This document shows, in pieces, positions 10,265-21,218 of a stretch of DNA of 61,535 nucleotides; position 1 is the first letter of the stretch; every line of letters starts with the position of its first letter. Below the pieces are notes generated by a model. It was given only the letters and a program-made list of their open reading frames with translations, made no database searches and was not told the origin of the DNA. A program made the position numbers and the translations under genes. The stretch is from the NCBI GenBank assembly GCA_018065485.1, contig JAGHTF010000007.1, positions 1 to 61,535 of the forward strand, written 5' to 3'. Source of the stretch: Candidatus Cryptobacteroides fimicaballi (GTDB taxonomy: Bacteria > Bacteroidota > Bacteroidia > Bacteroidales > UBA932).

Positions 10265-10979
10265 ATGAAGTCGGTCGGTTGTTTGCTTTAGTAAAAAAAT
10301 CTATCCGGTCCGAGTGCAGACGTACAATGTCGGATTGCAGGCAGAGGCGCAGCACCTCTTCTTCCCGGCCTTTGGTGAAACGTTTGTTGGACGGGCCTGT
10401 AAGAATGGGACGGCCGAACACCCGCAACGCCTTCAGATTGTACAGAATTTCCATATTCTGCTCCGGAGTCTTTGCGAAGCCCAGCCCGGGGTCCAGTATC
10501 CACCTCTCAAGTCCAGCCTCCCGAGCTCTGTGTGCAAAATCGGCAAAGTAGGCAAGAAGTTCGTTCATTATGCCATTTTCATAGCGGCAGAGACTGTCCA
10601 TCGTGGCAGGCGTGCCCCTTTTGTGCATTGCCACGTACTCCAGACCCAGTTCGGCAGCAGTACGCAGCATCTGAGGGTCATCCTCCCCCGCAGAGATATC
10701 GTTCACGATAAAATCCCCTATGAGACCGAATGCCCTGCGGACAATGGAACTGCGGGTTGTGTCCAGGGAGATTCTTTTCCCGCGAGGCAGATGGCTCAGG
10801 ACGGGTTCGAGTCTCGCCCATTCCTGCTCTTCACTTACCGGTGCCGCCCCGGGACGGGATGAAACGGCACCGATATCCACAATATCCACCTTCGGGTTCC
10901 GGAAGATGTCCATATCGTAACGGCTGGATTCCCGGAACGAATCGGGGGTCAGATTCAGTATTCCCTCTATCTGCGGCAA
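10257..10979 (-). CDS. folP: Dihydropteroate synthase (compact)
   Basis: GILNLTPDSF, DIGAVSSRPG, NDISAG, MHKRG, LDPGLGFAK; TTG start. Confidence 0.9.
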   Translation of the reverse strand: MPQIEGILNLTPDSFRESSRYDMDIFRNPKVDIVDIGAVSSRPGAAPVSEEQEWARLEPVLSHLPRGKRISLDTTRSSIVRRAFGLIGDFIVNDISAGEDDPQMLRTAAELGLEYVAMHKRGTPATMDSLCRYENGIMNELLAYFADFAHRAREAGLERWILDPGLGFAKTPEQNMEILYNLKALRVFGRPILTGPSNKRFTKGREEEVLRLCLQSDIVRLHSDRIDFFTKANNRPTSYE

Positions 10980-10981
10980 TT

Positions 10982-11563
10982 TCAGCCTATCTCCTTTTCT
11001 ATCATTGCAAGGATACGGGCCTGGTTCTGCTCGATTGTACCGGGATGGCCTGCAGCCTCGTGGTAGTTGCCGGCCTTTTTGTAGTATTCGATAAGAGGCT
11101 CGGTCTGGTTGTGATAAGTTTTGATACGGTTGGAAACAACCTCGTCGGAAGCGTCGTCGGCACGGCCTTCAATAGCTGCGCGATGTTTGATTCTTTCGTG
11201 AACGACCTCGTCCGGGATCATTATGGAGATGACCCCATCCACCTTCTCTCCCCTCTTCGCCAGAATGGCGTCCAGGTCTTCGGCCTGACCGAGAGTTCTG
11301 GGGAAACCGTCCAAAAGGAATCCATCGACGCCCTTGACAGTGTCGAACGCATTTTCTATCATTCCTTCAACCACAGAATCCGGCACCAGCGAACCGGCCG
11401 AAATAAGGCTCTGCGCCTGAATTCCGAGTTCTGTACCGGCTGCGATTTCGGCACGGAGAAGTTCACCTGTAGAGATGTGTTTGAGATTGTACTTTTTGGC
11501 TATTGCCCCGGCGTGTGTACCCTTACCAGCACCCGGAGGCCCGAACAGGATAAAATATTTCAT
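10982..11563 (-). CDS. adk: Adenylate kinase (short-LID type)
   Basis: GPPGAGKGT, HISTGELLR, LLDGFPRT, GRADD. Confidence 0.95.
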   Translation of the reverse strand: MKYFILFGPPGAGKGTHAGAIAKKYNLKHISTGELLRAEIAAGTELGIQAQSLISAGSLVPDSVVEGMIENAFDTVKGVDGFLLDGFPRTLGQAEDLDAILAKRGEKVDGVISIMIPDEVVHERIKHRAAIEGRADDASDEVVSNRIKTYHNQTEPLIEYYKKAGNYHEAAGHPGTIEQNQARILAMIEKEIG

Positions 11564-11567
11564 AGTG

Positions 11568-12104
11568 TTATTCGTTTATGATATAAATGTCTTTGTAGTT
11601 GCGCCCGAACTCTTCATAATCCAGGCCGAAGCCCAGAATGAAGTCATTGGGAATGGATTTGCCTATGTAATCCACCTTGAAGCTTTTCTTGAACATATCC
11701 GCCTTGAAAAGCATTGTGCATATCTTTATGTCGGCGGCTCCAAGTTCCTTGAGGTAGCCCAGCAGGAATTCCATACTGTTGCCGCTGTCCACGATATCTT
11801 CGCAAATGATTACGTTCTTACCCTTAACGTCGCCTACCAGGGCGGTTGCAGCGTGCACGGTATCCATTCTTTGGGTCCCGCTGTACGATGTCAGCTTGAG
11901 CGATGCCAGTTCGCAGTCCAGGTCGAGCCTTTTCATAAGCTCCGCGGTAAACAGTATTGCGCCGTTGAGAACACACAGCAGCATCACCGGCTTACCCGCA
12001 TAATCCCTGTTGATTTTCTCCGCCACTCCGTCTATGCACTCGAGAATTTCCTCGTGGGACATATACGGTTTGAATTTTTTCCCTCTTAATTCGATATTCT
12101 CCAT
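11568..12104 (-). CDS. hpt: Hypoxanthine phosphoribosyltransferase
   Basis: VLNGA, IICEDIVDSG PRPP motif, FILGFGLDY. Confidence 0.92.
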   Translation of the reverse strand: MENIELRGKKFKPYMSHEEILECIDGVAEKINRDYAGKPVMLLCVLNGAILFTAELMKRLDLDCELASLKLTSYSGTQRMDTVHAATALVGDVKGKNVIICEDIVDSGNSMEFLLGYLKELGAADIKICTMLFKADMFKKSFKVDYIGKSIPNDFILGFGLDYEEFGRNYKDIYIINE

Positions 12105-12217
12105 TACTCAAATCATTTCAATCCATAAAGTTACGAACAATTTCGGAAAATAAACGTTTTATTTCAATTAAAACGGATAAGTCTGTGCATATTTGCACGG
12201 AAACCAAACTTAAAGCT

Positions 12218-13873
12218 ATGATGCACGGACTAATTACAGCGGTCGTCTGCCTTATTCTTCAGAGCACGGCATCGGTATTTCTGAGCGGCGGGCTCTGTCC
12301 CGAAGACATGGGCGAGGAGACTACGGAACGCCTGAATTACCTTGCAGGCCATCCCATCGGTATAAATTACGCATCCAAAAGCCGGCTTAAGGAGTGCGGG
12401 CTGTTCTCGGCGTTCCAGATTGCCTCTCTGCTGGAGTATCGCGAACGGAGCGGGGATATTCTCTCCTTCGGGGAACTTTCCAGGCTGGACGGTTGGAACG
12501 CAGAATTTGTCGAAGCGCTGCGCGAGTATATCGACCTGGGCGGGGCCGGTGCAGTGGGGGAATCATCGGCACGGAAATCTTTTCACGGAGACGCCACCGG
12601 CCGTTACGGGAGCGGGTCATACCTCACCAAAGTCTCTATGGAATGGAATGACCGGTGGGCGGTGTTCGTTAGCTCGAAAAAGTCGCTTCCGGTAAACCTG
12701 TCGGCTTCCTATTACGGGAGGGGGCCCTTGAGCAAGGTGGTCGTGGGAAACTACAACGCCCGGTTTGCTCAAGGACTGGCGATGTGGAGCGGGTTCAGGA
12801 TGAGCGGGTTGCCCACGGTGGAGGCACTGTCGCGAAGGGAAAGCGGAATAAGCGCATCGCACAGCACCTCGTCTGCCTGCAACGGCGTCGCGGCGGAGTT
12901 CGGATGGGGGCAATGGACTCTCTCGGCAGGGACCAATCTGCAACAGGCGAAGAATGTGCTTAGATTGAGCGCATTTTCGAACCTGAATTACCTTTGGAGA
13001 AAGGGGCAGTGCGGGATTACCGCAGTCGCCGGGGCGGGTATGCAGACAGTTTCGGCCAACTGGAGAGTACGGCTGGGCAAGGCCGATTTCTACGGCGAAG
13101 CGGCCTGGGAGTTCGCTGGCAGGGCGCCGGCCGTAATGGCGGGGATCAGGATGGACCCGGGGTGGAAAATAGCCTGGGGCCTGACAGCAAGATACTACTC
13201 CCCGGGATTCGAAGGGACTTGGAGCGGCGCACCGGGAAGTTTCTCAAGAAACACCGACGAAGCCGGTCTGGTGGCGGTTCTGCGCTACCATTGGATAAAC
13301 GTAAGCGCCGACTCCGCCTACCGTCCGGAGAAGCGCTTCTGGCAAACCAAGGCTATCGTAAATCTGTCTCCCGAGATTCAAGCCGGCGGAGTTGTGCTGT
13401 CCCCGGTTTTGAAATACTCCCTCCGATGGAAAGAGGGAGAACTTTCCGAAAGTGCCGCAGCGGCTGCCCTAAAACACGAACTGCGCGCAGAGTTGAAAGC
13501 CGGTATCGGTCCCTGGGCGGCCGGATTGCGTGGAGACCTTACCCATTGTCTGGATTTTGCCTGGCTTGCGCTGGCCGAGGCCGGATATAAAAAGGAAAAC
13601 TGCGCCTGCTTCCTGCACGCCGAGTATTTCGACGTCAGGAACTGGGACGACAGAATCTACGTTTATCAGCGGGATGTCCCGGGAAGTTTCAACGTCCCCG
13701 CCAGGAACGGAAGAGGCCTCAGTTTCTCACTGAGCGGCGGTTACACGCTAAAAGGCAGGAAATCGAGGCTGATTCATAAGCTGAATGCACGGACGGGAAC
13801 GGTACTGTACCATAAGGACACACAAAAACCCTCCACTTTCGAATGGAGGGTCCAATATGCGTTGAAATGGTAA
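12218..13873 (+). CDS. Helix-hairpin-helix (ComEA-like) domain protein with probable outer-membrane beta-barrel
   Basis: PIGINYASKSRL...LLEYRERSG...FGELSRLDG HhH-type region, then alternating beta-strand pattern ending in an aromatic residue (QYALKW). Confidence 0.7.
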   Translation: MMHGLITAVVCLILQSTASVFLSGGLCPEDMGEETTERLNYLAGHPIGINYASKSRLKECGLFSAFQIASLLEYRERSGDILSFGELSRLDGWNAEFVEALREYIDLGGAGAVGESSARKSFHGDATGRYGSGSYLTKVSMEWNDRWAVFVSSKKSLPVNLSASYYGRGPLSKVVVGNYNARFAQGLAMWSGFRMSGLPTVEALSRRESGISASHSTSSACNGVAAEFGWGQWTLSAGTNLQQAKNVLRLSAFSNLNYLWRKGQCGITAVAGAGMQTVSANWRVRLGKADFYGEAAWEFAGRAPAVMAGIRMDPGWKIAWGLTARYYSPGFEGTWSGAPGSFSRNTDEAGLVAVLRYHWINVSADSAYRPEKRFWQTKAIVNLSPEIQAGGVVLSPVLKYSLRWKEGELSESAAAAALKHELRAELKAGIGPWAAGLRGDLTHCLDFAWLALAEAGYKKENCACFLHAEYFDVRNWDDRIYVYQRDVPGSFNVPARNGRGLSFSLSGGYTLKGRKSRLIHKLNARTGTVLYHKDTQKPSTFEWRVQYALKW

Positions 13874-15184
13874 TCAGAGCTTCTCTATAACCTTTTCCAT
13901 CCTTATTCCGCGAGAGCCCTTGATAAGCACCGCAGAGTCTTTTACGGGATGCTGTTCCAGGAAAGATGCGAGAGCGTCGGAAGTTTCGAACCAGCCTTGC
14001 AGTTCGAGCCCTTCTGCCTTCAAAGCTTTTCCGAACTCCTCTCCAACCACTATTGCAGGGATATTCTCCTCATGCAGCCTGCGTACAATCTTCCTGTGCT
14101 CGTTCAGCGATTCCTCTCCGAGTTCGCGCATATCTCCCAGCAGGGCAAGCTTCGAGGCGGCATTCATTGCTCCGAAATTATCCAGAGCGGCGCCCATCGA
14201 AGTGGGATTCGCGTTATACGCGTCAACGATAAGGGTATTGCAGGCACTGCGTTGCAGTTGAGAGCGGTTGTTCTTGGGAACATACTCCTGAACGGCGGCC
14301 ACGGCGTCGGCATCGGGAACACCGAAATATCGGCCTACGGCCAGAGCCGCCATAACGTTGGAAGCATTGTAGGAGCCTACCAGATTCGTGCAGACTGTAG
14401 TCCCGTCCTTAAGCCGGATACGAAGGAACGGCTTCTGCGGAGACGTTTCCAGGACTCTGGCACCGTCGTAGCGCACACCGTAAGGCCAGATGTGGCTTTT
14501 AACCCACGCTACAGACATAGACCTCAGCTCGAGGTCGTCGTTATTCAGGAAAACCACGCTCCCGTTGCGGGACGAGAGATACTTGTAAAGTTCGCCCTTC
14601 GCTGCCTTCACACCTTCGAAACTGCCGAAGCCCAGAAGATGCGCCCGGCCCACGTTTGTAATGAGGCCATAATCCGGCTGGCTCACCTGAACCAGCTTTG
14701 CGATGTCGTCGGGGTGGCTGGCACCCATCTCGATTACTGCTATCTGTGTCTCAGGGGTTATCTTGAGAAGACTCAGGGGTACGCCTATATCGTTGTTCAG
14801 GTTTCCCTGGGTTGCCGTAACCTTGAATTTCCGGGCCAGCACAGCGGAAATAAGCTCCTTCGTAGTGGTCTTGCCGTTTGTTCCCGTAAGCCCTATTACG
14901 GGCAGACGGCGGCCTTCGAGCACGTGATTGCGATGGTAAACCGCTAGTTGCTGCAGGGTAGTGAACGGGTCGTCCACTTTTATCAGACGCTCATCTTCGG
15001 GCAGGTCTGCATCCCTGTTTACAACAGCCCATCGGGCACCGTCCTGCAAAGCCTTCATTGCGTAAGCGTTGCCGTCGAAATTCTCTCCCCGGAGGGCAAA
15101 GAAAATCTCCCCTCCCTCAATGACACGGCTGTCGGTATTCACCCGATAGTTGCAGCCGCAGTATTTTTCATATAACCCTTTCAT
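13874..15184 (-). CDS. murF: UDP-MurNAc-tripeptide:D-Ala-D-Ala ligase
   Basis: [40 protein letters not shown]; ATG 15184 overlaps the dut stop. Confidence 0.95.
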   Translation of the reverse strand: MKGLYEKYCGCNYRVNTDSRVIEGGEIFFALRGENFDGNAYAMKALQDGARWAVVNRDADLPEDERLIKVDDPFTTLQQLAVYHRNHVLEGRRLPVIGLTGTNGKTTTKELISAVLARKFKVTATQGNLNNDIGVPLSLLKITPETQIAVIEMGASHPDDIAKLVQVSQPDYGLITNVGRAHLLGFGSFEGVKAAKGELYKYLSSRNGSVVFLNNDDLELRSMSVAWVKSHIWPYGVRYDGARVLETSPQKPFLRIRLKDGTTVCTNLVGSYNASNVMAALAVGRYFGVPDADAVAAVQEYVPKNNRSQLQRSACNTLIVDAYNANPTSMGAALDNFGAMNAASKLALLGDMRELGEESLNEHRKIVRRLHEENIPAIVVGEEFGKALKAEGLELQGWFETSDALASFLEQHPVKDSAVLIKGSRGIRMEKVIEKL

Positions 15185-15615
15185 TTTGTTCCGGTACTGC
15201 CAAAGCCACCTGCTCCCCTTTGGGACTCTTCCAGAGTTTCGACGGTCTCCCATTCAATTACTTCGTGACGGGCAAGCACAAGCTGGGCGATGCGCTCTCC
15301 CCTCTCAATCACAAACGGTTCCTGCGAAAGATTCACGAGAATCACACATACTTCTCCGCGATAGTCGGCATCGATGGTTCCCGGAGCATTCAGCACCGTT
15401 ATACCTTTCTTTGCAGCCAAACCGCTTCTGGGACGGACCTGAACCTCAAATCCGACGGGAATCTCCAGAAACAGACCGGTGGGTATAACCGCCCTGCCCA
15501 AAGGGGCGAGCGTAACCGGTGTTTCTATGGCAGCGCGGACATCCATCCCGGCCGATGCAACGGTAGCATAAGAGGGAAGGTCCATTCCCGATTTGTTGAT
15601 TACTTTAACTTTCAT
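15181..15615 (-). CDS. dut: dUTP diphosphatase
   Basis: [36 protein letters not shown]. Confidence 0.97.
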   Translation of the reverse strand: MKVKVINKSGMDLPSYATVASAGMDVRAAIETPVTLAPLGRAVIPTGLFLEIPVGFEVQVRPRSGLAAKKGITVLNAPGTIDADYRGEVCVILVNLSQEPFVIERGERIAQLVLARHEVIEWETVETLEESQRGAGGFGSTGTK

Positions 15616-16709
15616 TATTTGGGCGCTCGTTTATATAGATAATACGCTATTATCGAATACAGCACGTTAGGAATCCAGAGTGCTATTCCAGGCGGGAGCA
15701 TTCCCGTAAACACGAACATCTGCGAGAAACGCATGAACAGAATGTACGAGAAGGCCAGCGCAATGCCCAGAGCTACGTTCCAGCCTATGCCTCCCCTACG
15801 CTTGTGAGAGCTCAGGGACACCCCTATTATGGTGAGAATGAAGGCCGAGAAAGGTAGGCTCGTACGGTTGTTCTTCTCTATCTGCGCATAAATCACATTG
15901 GAATCGCCCCGCATCTTCTGGGTTTTTATAAGCTGGTTCAGATTGCGGGTCGAAAGGGTCTGAACGGTCTTTTCGTTACAATAGAAATCAGTTATGGTAA
16001 GAGGGATTACGGTATCCATCTTCGCCCCTACCGTCACATTGTCCTTAAGTCCCTCGGTATAATTCCTGATGAAATAGTTTTCGAGATGCCATCCGCCCAT
16101 CGTGCTGTCCCAGACTGCCCTGTCGGCGCTGAGTTTGCTCACCATCCGCCCGTCCTGAATTTCCTCGAGAGTAAAGCGGTAGGCCGTCTTGTTCCAGTCG
16201 CTGAAGCTCTCCACGAAAACGAATTCTCCGGGAGCAATCATATAGTGGATGTTGTTCCGCTTGAAATCTATGTGCGAACGCACGTATTTGGCCTCGAAGT
16301 CAACCCGGATTTCATTTGACCGCGGAATCACATACAGATTGAGCATCAGGGACATAAACGCTATCACCGCCGCCGAGAACATATACGGCACCATCATACG
16401 GCCATAGCTGATGCCTCCGGACAGAATGGCTATGATCTCGGAATTTGCGGCCATCCGGGAGGTAAAGAATATTACCGTAATGAACACGAACAGCGGCGAG
16501 AACATATTTATGAAGTACGGGATGAAATTCACGTAATACTGGAATATTACGGCTTCCAGAGGTGCGTGATACTCCACGAACTTGCTGATTTTCTCCGAAA
16601 TGTCAAAGACAATCACTATCGTTATTATGACAAGCAGAGACAACAGGAAGGACAGGATGAACTTCTTGAAGATATACTTGTCTATGAGTGTCGGACGAAA
16701 ATCGATCAT
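15615..16709 (-). CDS. LptF/LptG family LPS export permease
   Basis: IDKYI start, 3 TM segments + periplasmic domain + 3 TM segments, [17 protein letters not shown]. Confidence 0.88.
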   Translation of the reverse strand: MIDFRPTLIDKYIFKKFILSFLLSLLVIITIVIVFDISEKISKFVEYHAPLEAVIFQYYVNFIPYFINMFSPLFVFITVIFFTSRMAANSEIIAILSGGISYGRMMVPYMFSAAVIAFMSLMLNLYVIPRSNEIRVDFEAKYVRSHIDFKRNNIHYMIAPGEFVFVESFSDWNKTAYRFTLEEIQDGRMVSKLSADRAVWDSTMGGWHLENYFIRNYTEGLKDNVTVGAKMDTVIPLTITDFYCNEKTVQTLSTRNLNQLIKTQKMRGDSNVIYAQIEKNNRTSLPFSAFILTIIGVSLSSHKRRGGIGWNVALGIALAFSYILFMRFSQMFVFTGMLPPGIALWIPNVLYSIIAYYLYKRAPK

Positions 16710-17836
16710 AGTCTCTGAGTCAGTTTGCCGACCACCGAATCCTTCCAGGCTTTGAAATCCCCGGCTTCGATATGCACGGCAGCGGTTCTTACGACATCCA
16801 TATAAAAAGCAAGGTTATGCTCGCTGGCAATCATTGCCGCAAACATCTCTCCTGCAATGAACAGATGTCTCAGGTAGGCTTTGCTGTAGATTTTGTCAAC
16901 AAACGATGTGCCGCACGGGTCCAGCGGAGAGAAATCGTTCTCCCACTTTGCATTGCGCATATTCATAACCCCGTTCCAGGTGAACAGCATAGCGTTGCGG
17001 GCATTGCGGGTGGGCATCACACAGTCGAACATATCCACTCCGCGCTCGATTCCTTCCAGAAGATTGGCCGGCGTGCCCACTCCCATAAGATACCGGGCCT
17101 TATCCTGCGGAATAACCGGGTTGAGCAGTTCCAGGACACTGTACATCTGCTCGGTGGGTTCTCCCACGGCAAGTCCGCCTATCGCGATTCCGGCATCGGC
17201 ATAGCCAAGGGCGTGCTCGGCCGCCTGTAAACGGAGGTCAGGATAAACGCAACCCTGGATTATGGGGAAGAAAGTCTGTCCGTACCCGTACAGCGGCTCC
17301 GTCTCGCGGAACCGGGCGGCAAAACGCTCCAGCCAGTTCTGAGTGAGTCTGAGAGACTTCTGCGCATAGCTGTGGTCGGCATCCCCGGGACAGCACTCGT
17401 CCAGAGCCATAATAATGTCGGCCCCGATTACGCGCTGGGTATCGACATTGTTCTCGGGGGTAAAAATATGCCTGGAACCGTCGATATGCGATTGGAAGGT
17501 GCACCCCTCCTGTGTAATCTTCCTGATCTGTGTCAGGGAAAAGACCTGGAAACCGCCGCTGTCGGTAAGGATGGGACGGTCCCAGTTTTCGAAAGAATGC
17601 AATCCTCCGGCCTGTCTGAGGATATCCAGACCGGGCCGAAGGTAAAGATGGTATGTGTTTCCAAGTATTATCTCAGCGCCGATGTCCTGCTTAAGGTCGC
17701 GATGATATACGCCCTTTACGCTGCCTGCCGTTCCTACCGGCATAAAGACAGGCGTATGCACGGTCCCGTGATCGGTTTCAAGCAAACCTGTACGGGCTCC
17801 GCTGCAGGGGTCCTGAGACAATTTGGTAAACTTCAT
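16706..17836 (-). CDS. tgt: tRNA-guanine transglycosylase
   Basis: TPVFMPVGT, NTYHL, TDSGGFQVFSL, GVDMFDCVMPTR. Confidence 0.97.
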   Translation of the reverse strand: MKFTKLSQDPCSGARTGLLETDHGTVHTPVFMPVGTAGSVKGVYHRDLKQDIGAEIILGNTYHLYLRPGLDILRQAGGLHSFENWDRPILTDSGGFQVFSLTQIRKITQEGCTFQSHIDGSRHIFTPENNVDTQRVIGADIIMALDECCPGDADHSYAQKSLRLTQNWLERFAARFRETEPLYGYGQTFFPIIQGCVYPDLRLQAAEHALGYADAGIAIGGLAVGEPTEQMYSVLELLNPVIPQDKARYLMGVGTPANLLEGIERGVDMFDCVMPTRNARNAMLFTWNGVMNMRNAKWENDFSPLDPCGTSFVDKIYSKAYLRHLFIAGEMFAAMIASEHNLAFYMDVVRTAAVHIEAGDFKAWKDSVVGKLTQRL

Positions 17837-19107
17837 TATTCGGCTTTTTTCTTGGGTTCCTTAAAGAGGAAGGCAAACGCAATGCCCACTACCAGGGAAT
17901 ATGCCGCGAAAATGTACCAGGCATTCGACCAGCTGGGGGTGGCGGCATTGTAAACGCAGGCATCGACAACGGCGCCAGCGGCAAGGGTTCCTATCGAAGC
18001 GCCAAGGCCGTTGGTCATAAGCATAAACAGTCCCTGCGCGCTGGAGGTTATATCCTTCGAGGTATTCTCGTTCACGTACAGAGAGCCGGATATGTTGAAG
18101 AAATCAAAGGCCACACCGTAAACTATACAGCTGAGAATAAAGAACAGAACCCCGGGCATATCGGGCTGGCCAAGGCCGAAGAAACCGAAGCGGAACACCC
18201 ACGCGAACATAGCGATGAGCATCACCTTCTTTATGCCGAATCTCTTCATAAAGAACGGGATAAGCAGGATGCAAAGGGTCTCTGAAGCCTGTGAGAGCGA
18301 GATGAGTGCATTGGAATTCTTCACCGCAAAGGTGTCTGCGAGGCGGGGATCCCCGCTGAATGACTCCAGGAAGGTGTTCGCATATCCGTTGGTTACCTGG
18401 AGCGAAGCGCCAAGGAGCATCGAGAAGATGAAGAATATCGCAAACTGACGGTCCTTGAACAAAGTGAAAGCCTTGAGTCCCAGAGATTCGGCAAGACTCG
18501 CGTTCTCCTTTTTCTCAATGGGGCACTGGGGCATCGTGAATGAATAGATGCAGAGCACGATGCTCAGAATTCCCGATGACAAGAGCTGGGTATAAGAATC
18601 CTGCAGCGCCTTTCCGTCTATTACCAGAAAGTTTGTAACAAGCATACTGCAGATGAAACCCACGGTTCCGAATACCCTTATGGGAGGATAATCCTTTACG
18701 GGATCCTTGCCGTTCACTTCCAAGGTCTTGTAGCATACCGAGTTGCCCAGCGCGATGGTAGGCATAAAGAAAGCTACGCTAAAGCTGTAAAGGGTAAACA
18801 GAGTGGAGAAAGCCACAGCATCCCCGGCGCTCATACAATAGAATCCGGCCGCAAGCATAAAGGCACCGGCCAAGCCGTGACACAAGGCAAATACCTTCTG
18901 TGCCTGCATATATTTGTCGGCCAGAATACCCAGGAGAGCAGGCATAAAGATGGAAACGATGCCCTGCATAGCATAGAACCACTTGATGTTGGGTCCCATT
19001 CCAATGTTCCCGAGATAACGGCCGAGAGACGTAAGATACGCTCCCCAGACGGCAAACTCCAGGAAATTGAAAACGATGAGTCTAAAGGTAATGTTGGAAT
19101 TTTTCAT
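17836..19107 (-). CDS. MFS nucleoside:H+ symporter (NupG-like)
   Basis: FLEFAVWGAY, RVFGTVGFI, YGVAFDFFNISG, AQGLF; about 12 TM segments. Confidence 0.88.
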   Translation of the reverse strand: MKNSNITFRLIVFNFLEFAVWGAYLTSLGRYLGNIGMGPNIKWFYAMQGIVSIFMPALLGILADKYMQAQKVFALCHGLAGAFMLAAGFYCMSAGDAVAFSTLFTLYSFSVAFFMPTIALGNSVCYKTLEVNGKDPVKDYPPIRVFGTVGFICSMLVTNFLVIDGKALQDSYTQLLSSGILSIVLCIYSFTMPQCPIEKKENASLAESLGLKAFTLFKDRQFAIFFIFSMLLGASLQVTNGYANTFLESFSGDPRLADTFAVKNSNALISLSQASETLCILLIPFFMKRFGIKKVMLIAMFAWVFRFGFFGLGQPDMPGVLFFILSCIVYGVAFDFFNISGSLYVNENTSKDITSSAQGLFMLMTNGLGASIGTLAAGAVVDACVYNAATPSWSNAWYIFAAYSLVVGIAFAFLFKEPKKKAE

Positions 19108-19116
19108 ATCGCGTGT

Positions 19117-20418
19117 CTATTTTGATCTCTTTCTTGAACCGGAATGACGTTTTCTTGAACCCAGCCTGCGATAAAGGGCAAACCCGACGAGAAGAGCCAG
19201 AGTAACTGCCAGGACAATCACGGTGGTGGAGTTTGCGTTGTTTCCCTTGATTCTGGACCACATCGAAAGCAATTTGCCGGAGTCATCCCCCCAGTCGTGC
19301 ATAAGAGCGCAGTTCACAATGGAAGAGCGGTCGGGGTACAGCGCCGGATTCACACATACTGCAGCAGCTTCTTCCCCGAAGAAATAGCTCACGTCAATGG
19401 GGTCATAGGATTCGTCGATCTGAGATTCCAGAACCTCGATATTTCCGTTTGCCGAAACATAGCCGGTAACGTCCATATTGCGGATAGCAATGTCCGGACG
19501 GCACATAAAGTCGATGAAATAGGTAGCAGCCTTCCGGTTCTTTGCATATTTGGGAATCACCCATCCGTCGAACCAGACGTTGCTGCCTTCGGAAGGAATC
19601 TGATAGCGAAGGTCAACCCCGATCTCGGCAGCCTCTTCGATTGCCCATACGGCGTCTCCGCTCCAGTTCAGGCTTATATAGCCTCTTTCCTTGGTCATCT
19701 GCTCCTTGCCGAAATCGGCTTCCCATCCGGCGACAAGTTCCTTGACCTGCTTCATATATGCCTCAACGGCGGCGATGCTTTCGTCCGAAGAGTCCAGCAT
19801 AAGCTCATCCATCGTAACCTCTCCATTCTCGAGACGTTCCTTGTTCAGGTACATAAGAATCGGGCTGTACACATCTCTGGGGGCATCTTTAATGAATATT
19901 CTGCCCGCATACTTGGGGTCGGTAAGGATCTTCCAACTGAAAGCTTCCTCATCGGTTACATACTTTGCATTGTAGAGAAGACCGACTGTTCCCCACATAT
20001 AGGCAACCGAATACTGGTTGGCATCTATGTTCGGATTGATTTTCCTGAATATCTCTTGAACATAAGGCGAACGGTTGTTTTCTATGTAGTTGATTTCGTC
20101 GTTCAGAATAGAAAAATCCAGAGGAAGAAGCATATCGGTGTTGAGCATTCTCTCGATAATGTAGTCTGAGGGGCATACCACGTCGAAGTCTTCGTGCCCC
20201 TTTTCAATCTTCGAAAGCATTGTTTCGTTGATATCGAAAGTCTGGTAAATGACCTGGATATCTTCTCCGGTCTGCTGCTTGTACCATTCTTCGAATTCGG
20301 GTATCACCGTTTCGTCGATGTAGCAGGACCAGTTGTACACTTTAAGGACGTGCTCTCTGTCGCTATTGCAGGAAATCGCGATCAGAGCCGCAAGAACGAG
20401 CAATGCAAATTTTTTCAT
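19117..20418 (-). CDS. potD: Spermidine/putrescine ABC transporter substrate-binding lipoprotein
   Basis: Lipobox ISC, VYNWSCYID, PSDY, WSGDA, EGSNVWFDGWVIP; C-terminal TM helix with basic tail. Confidence 0.9.
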   Translation of the reverse strand: MKKFALLVLAALIAISCNSDREHVLKVYNWSCYIDETVIPEFEEWYKQQTGEDIQVIYQTFDINETMLSKIEKGHEDFDVVCPSDYIIERMLNTDMLLPLDFSILNDEINYIENNRSPYVQEIFRKINPNIDANQYSVAYMWGTVGLLYNAKYVTDEEAFSWKILTDPKYAGRIFIKDAPRDVYSPILMYLNKERLENGEVTMDELMLDSSDESIAAVEAYMKQVKELVAGWEADFGKEQMTKERGYISLNWSGDAVWAIEEAAEIGVDLRYQIPSEGSNVWFDGWVIPKYAKNRKAATYFIDFMCRPDIAIRNMDVTGYVSANGNIEVLESQIDESYDPIDVSYFFGEEAAAVCVNPALYPDRSSIVNCALMHDWGDDSGKLLSMWSRIKGNNANSTTVIVLAVTLALLVGFALYRRLGSRKRHSGSRKRSK

Positions 20419-21218
20419 ACTTTCTTTTTCTGGGTTTTAGTCTGCCTTACGTTTATCACTATGAGCAGGATTAATATGATAAGGAATATTAAAGTCATAA
20501 GCGGGCGCAGCTCAGGAGTCAGACCCCCTTTCCTGGCATCTGTATAGATGTAAGTCGAAAGTGTGTCCAAGCCTATTGTACCACGGGTAAAGAAGGTAAC
20601 CACGAAGTCATCGAGCGACATCGTGAACGACAGGATGAAACCGCTCACCATCCCCGGTCTCAGATTCGGAACCATAACCTTCCTGAGCGCCTGTGCCGGA
20701 GTAGCGCCAAGATCCAGCGCCGCCTCGTATATGTTGGGATTCATCTGGGAAAGTCTGGGCATCACACTGAGCACCACATATGGCGTACAGAAGGTAACGT
20801 GAGCAAGTATGACCGTGACAAAGCCCTGTGAAATATGCAGGAACACGAACAGCAGGAAGAGCGAAACACCGGTGATAATGTCCGGATTCACCATAGGTAT
20901 GCTGTTGAGCAGATTCATCGTCTGCCTCTTCCTGCCCTTGAGATTGAATATTCCTATTGCCGCCACCGTTCCAAGAATCGTAGCGAGCATAGCGGCGATT
21001 ACAGCTATGAGCAAAGTATTCTCTACGGCCGACAACAATGTTGACGACCCCTGCATCTTTGCACAGAAAAGATTCTCGTATAGTTTCACGGAAAAGCCTG
21101 TCCAGTTTCCCAGAACTCTGGATTCGGTGAAAGAAAAGATGGCGATGAACAGCAGCGGGGCGTAGAGTAGCAGAAGCAGCACCCACACATAGGCCTTGGC
21201 AAGAATCTTCTTTGTCAT
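20415..21218 (-). CDS. potC: Polyamine ABC transporter permease
   Basis: EAALDLGA EAA motif, SFTMSLDDF. Confidence 0.9.
   Translation of the reverse strand: MTKKILAKAYVWVLLLLLYAPLLFIAIFSFTESRVLGNWTGFSVKLYENLFCAKMQGSSTLLSAVENTLLIAVIAAMLATILGTVAAIGIFNLKGRKRQTMNLLNSIPMVNPDIITGVSLFLLFVFLHISQGFVTVILAHVTFCTPYVVLSVMPRLSQMNPNIYEAALDLGATPAQALRKVMVPNLRPGMVSGFILSFTMSLDDFVVTFFTRGTIGLDTLSTYIYTDARKGGLTPELRPLMTLIFLIILILLIVINVRQTKTQKKKV

Noticed and set aside
19117-19230. PotD with a C-terminal TM helix in addition to a lipobox
   Set aside because: As far as I know this is usual for Bacteroidales PotD.
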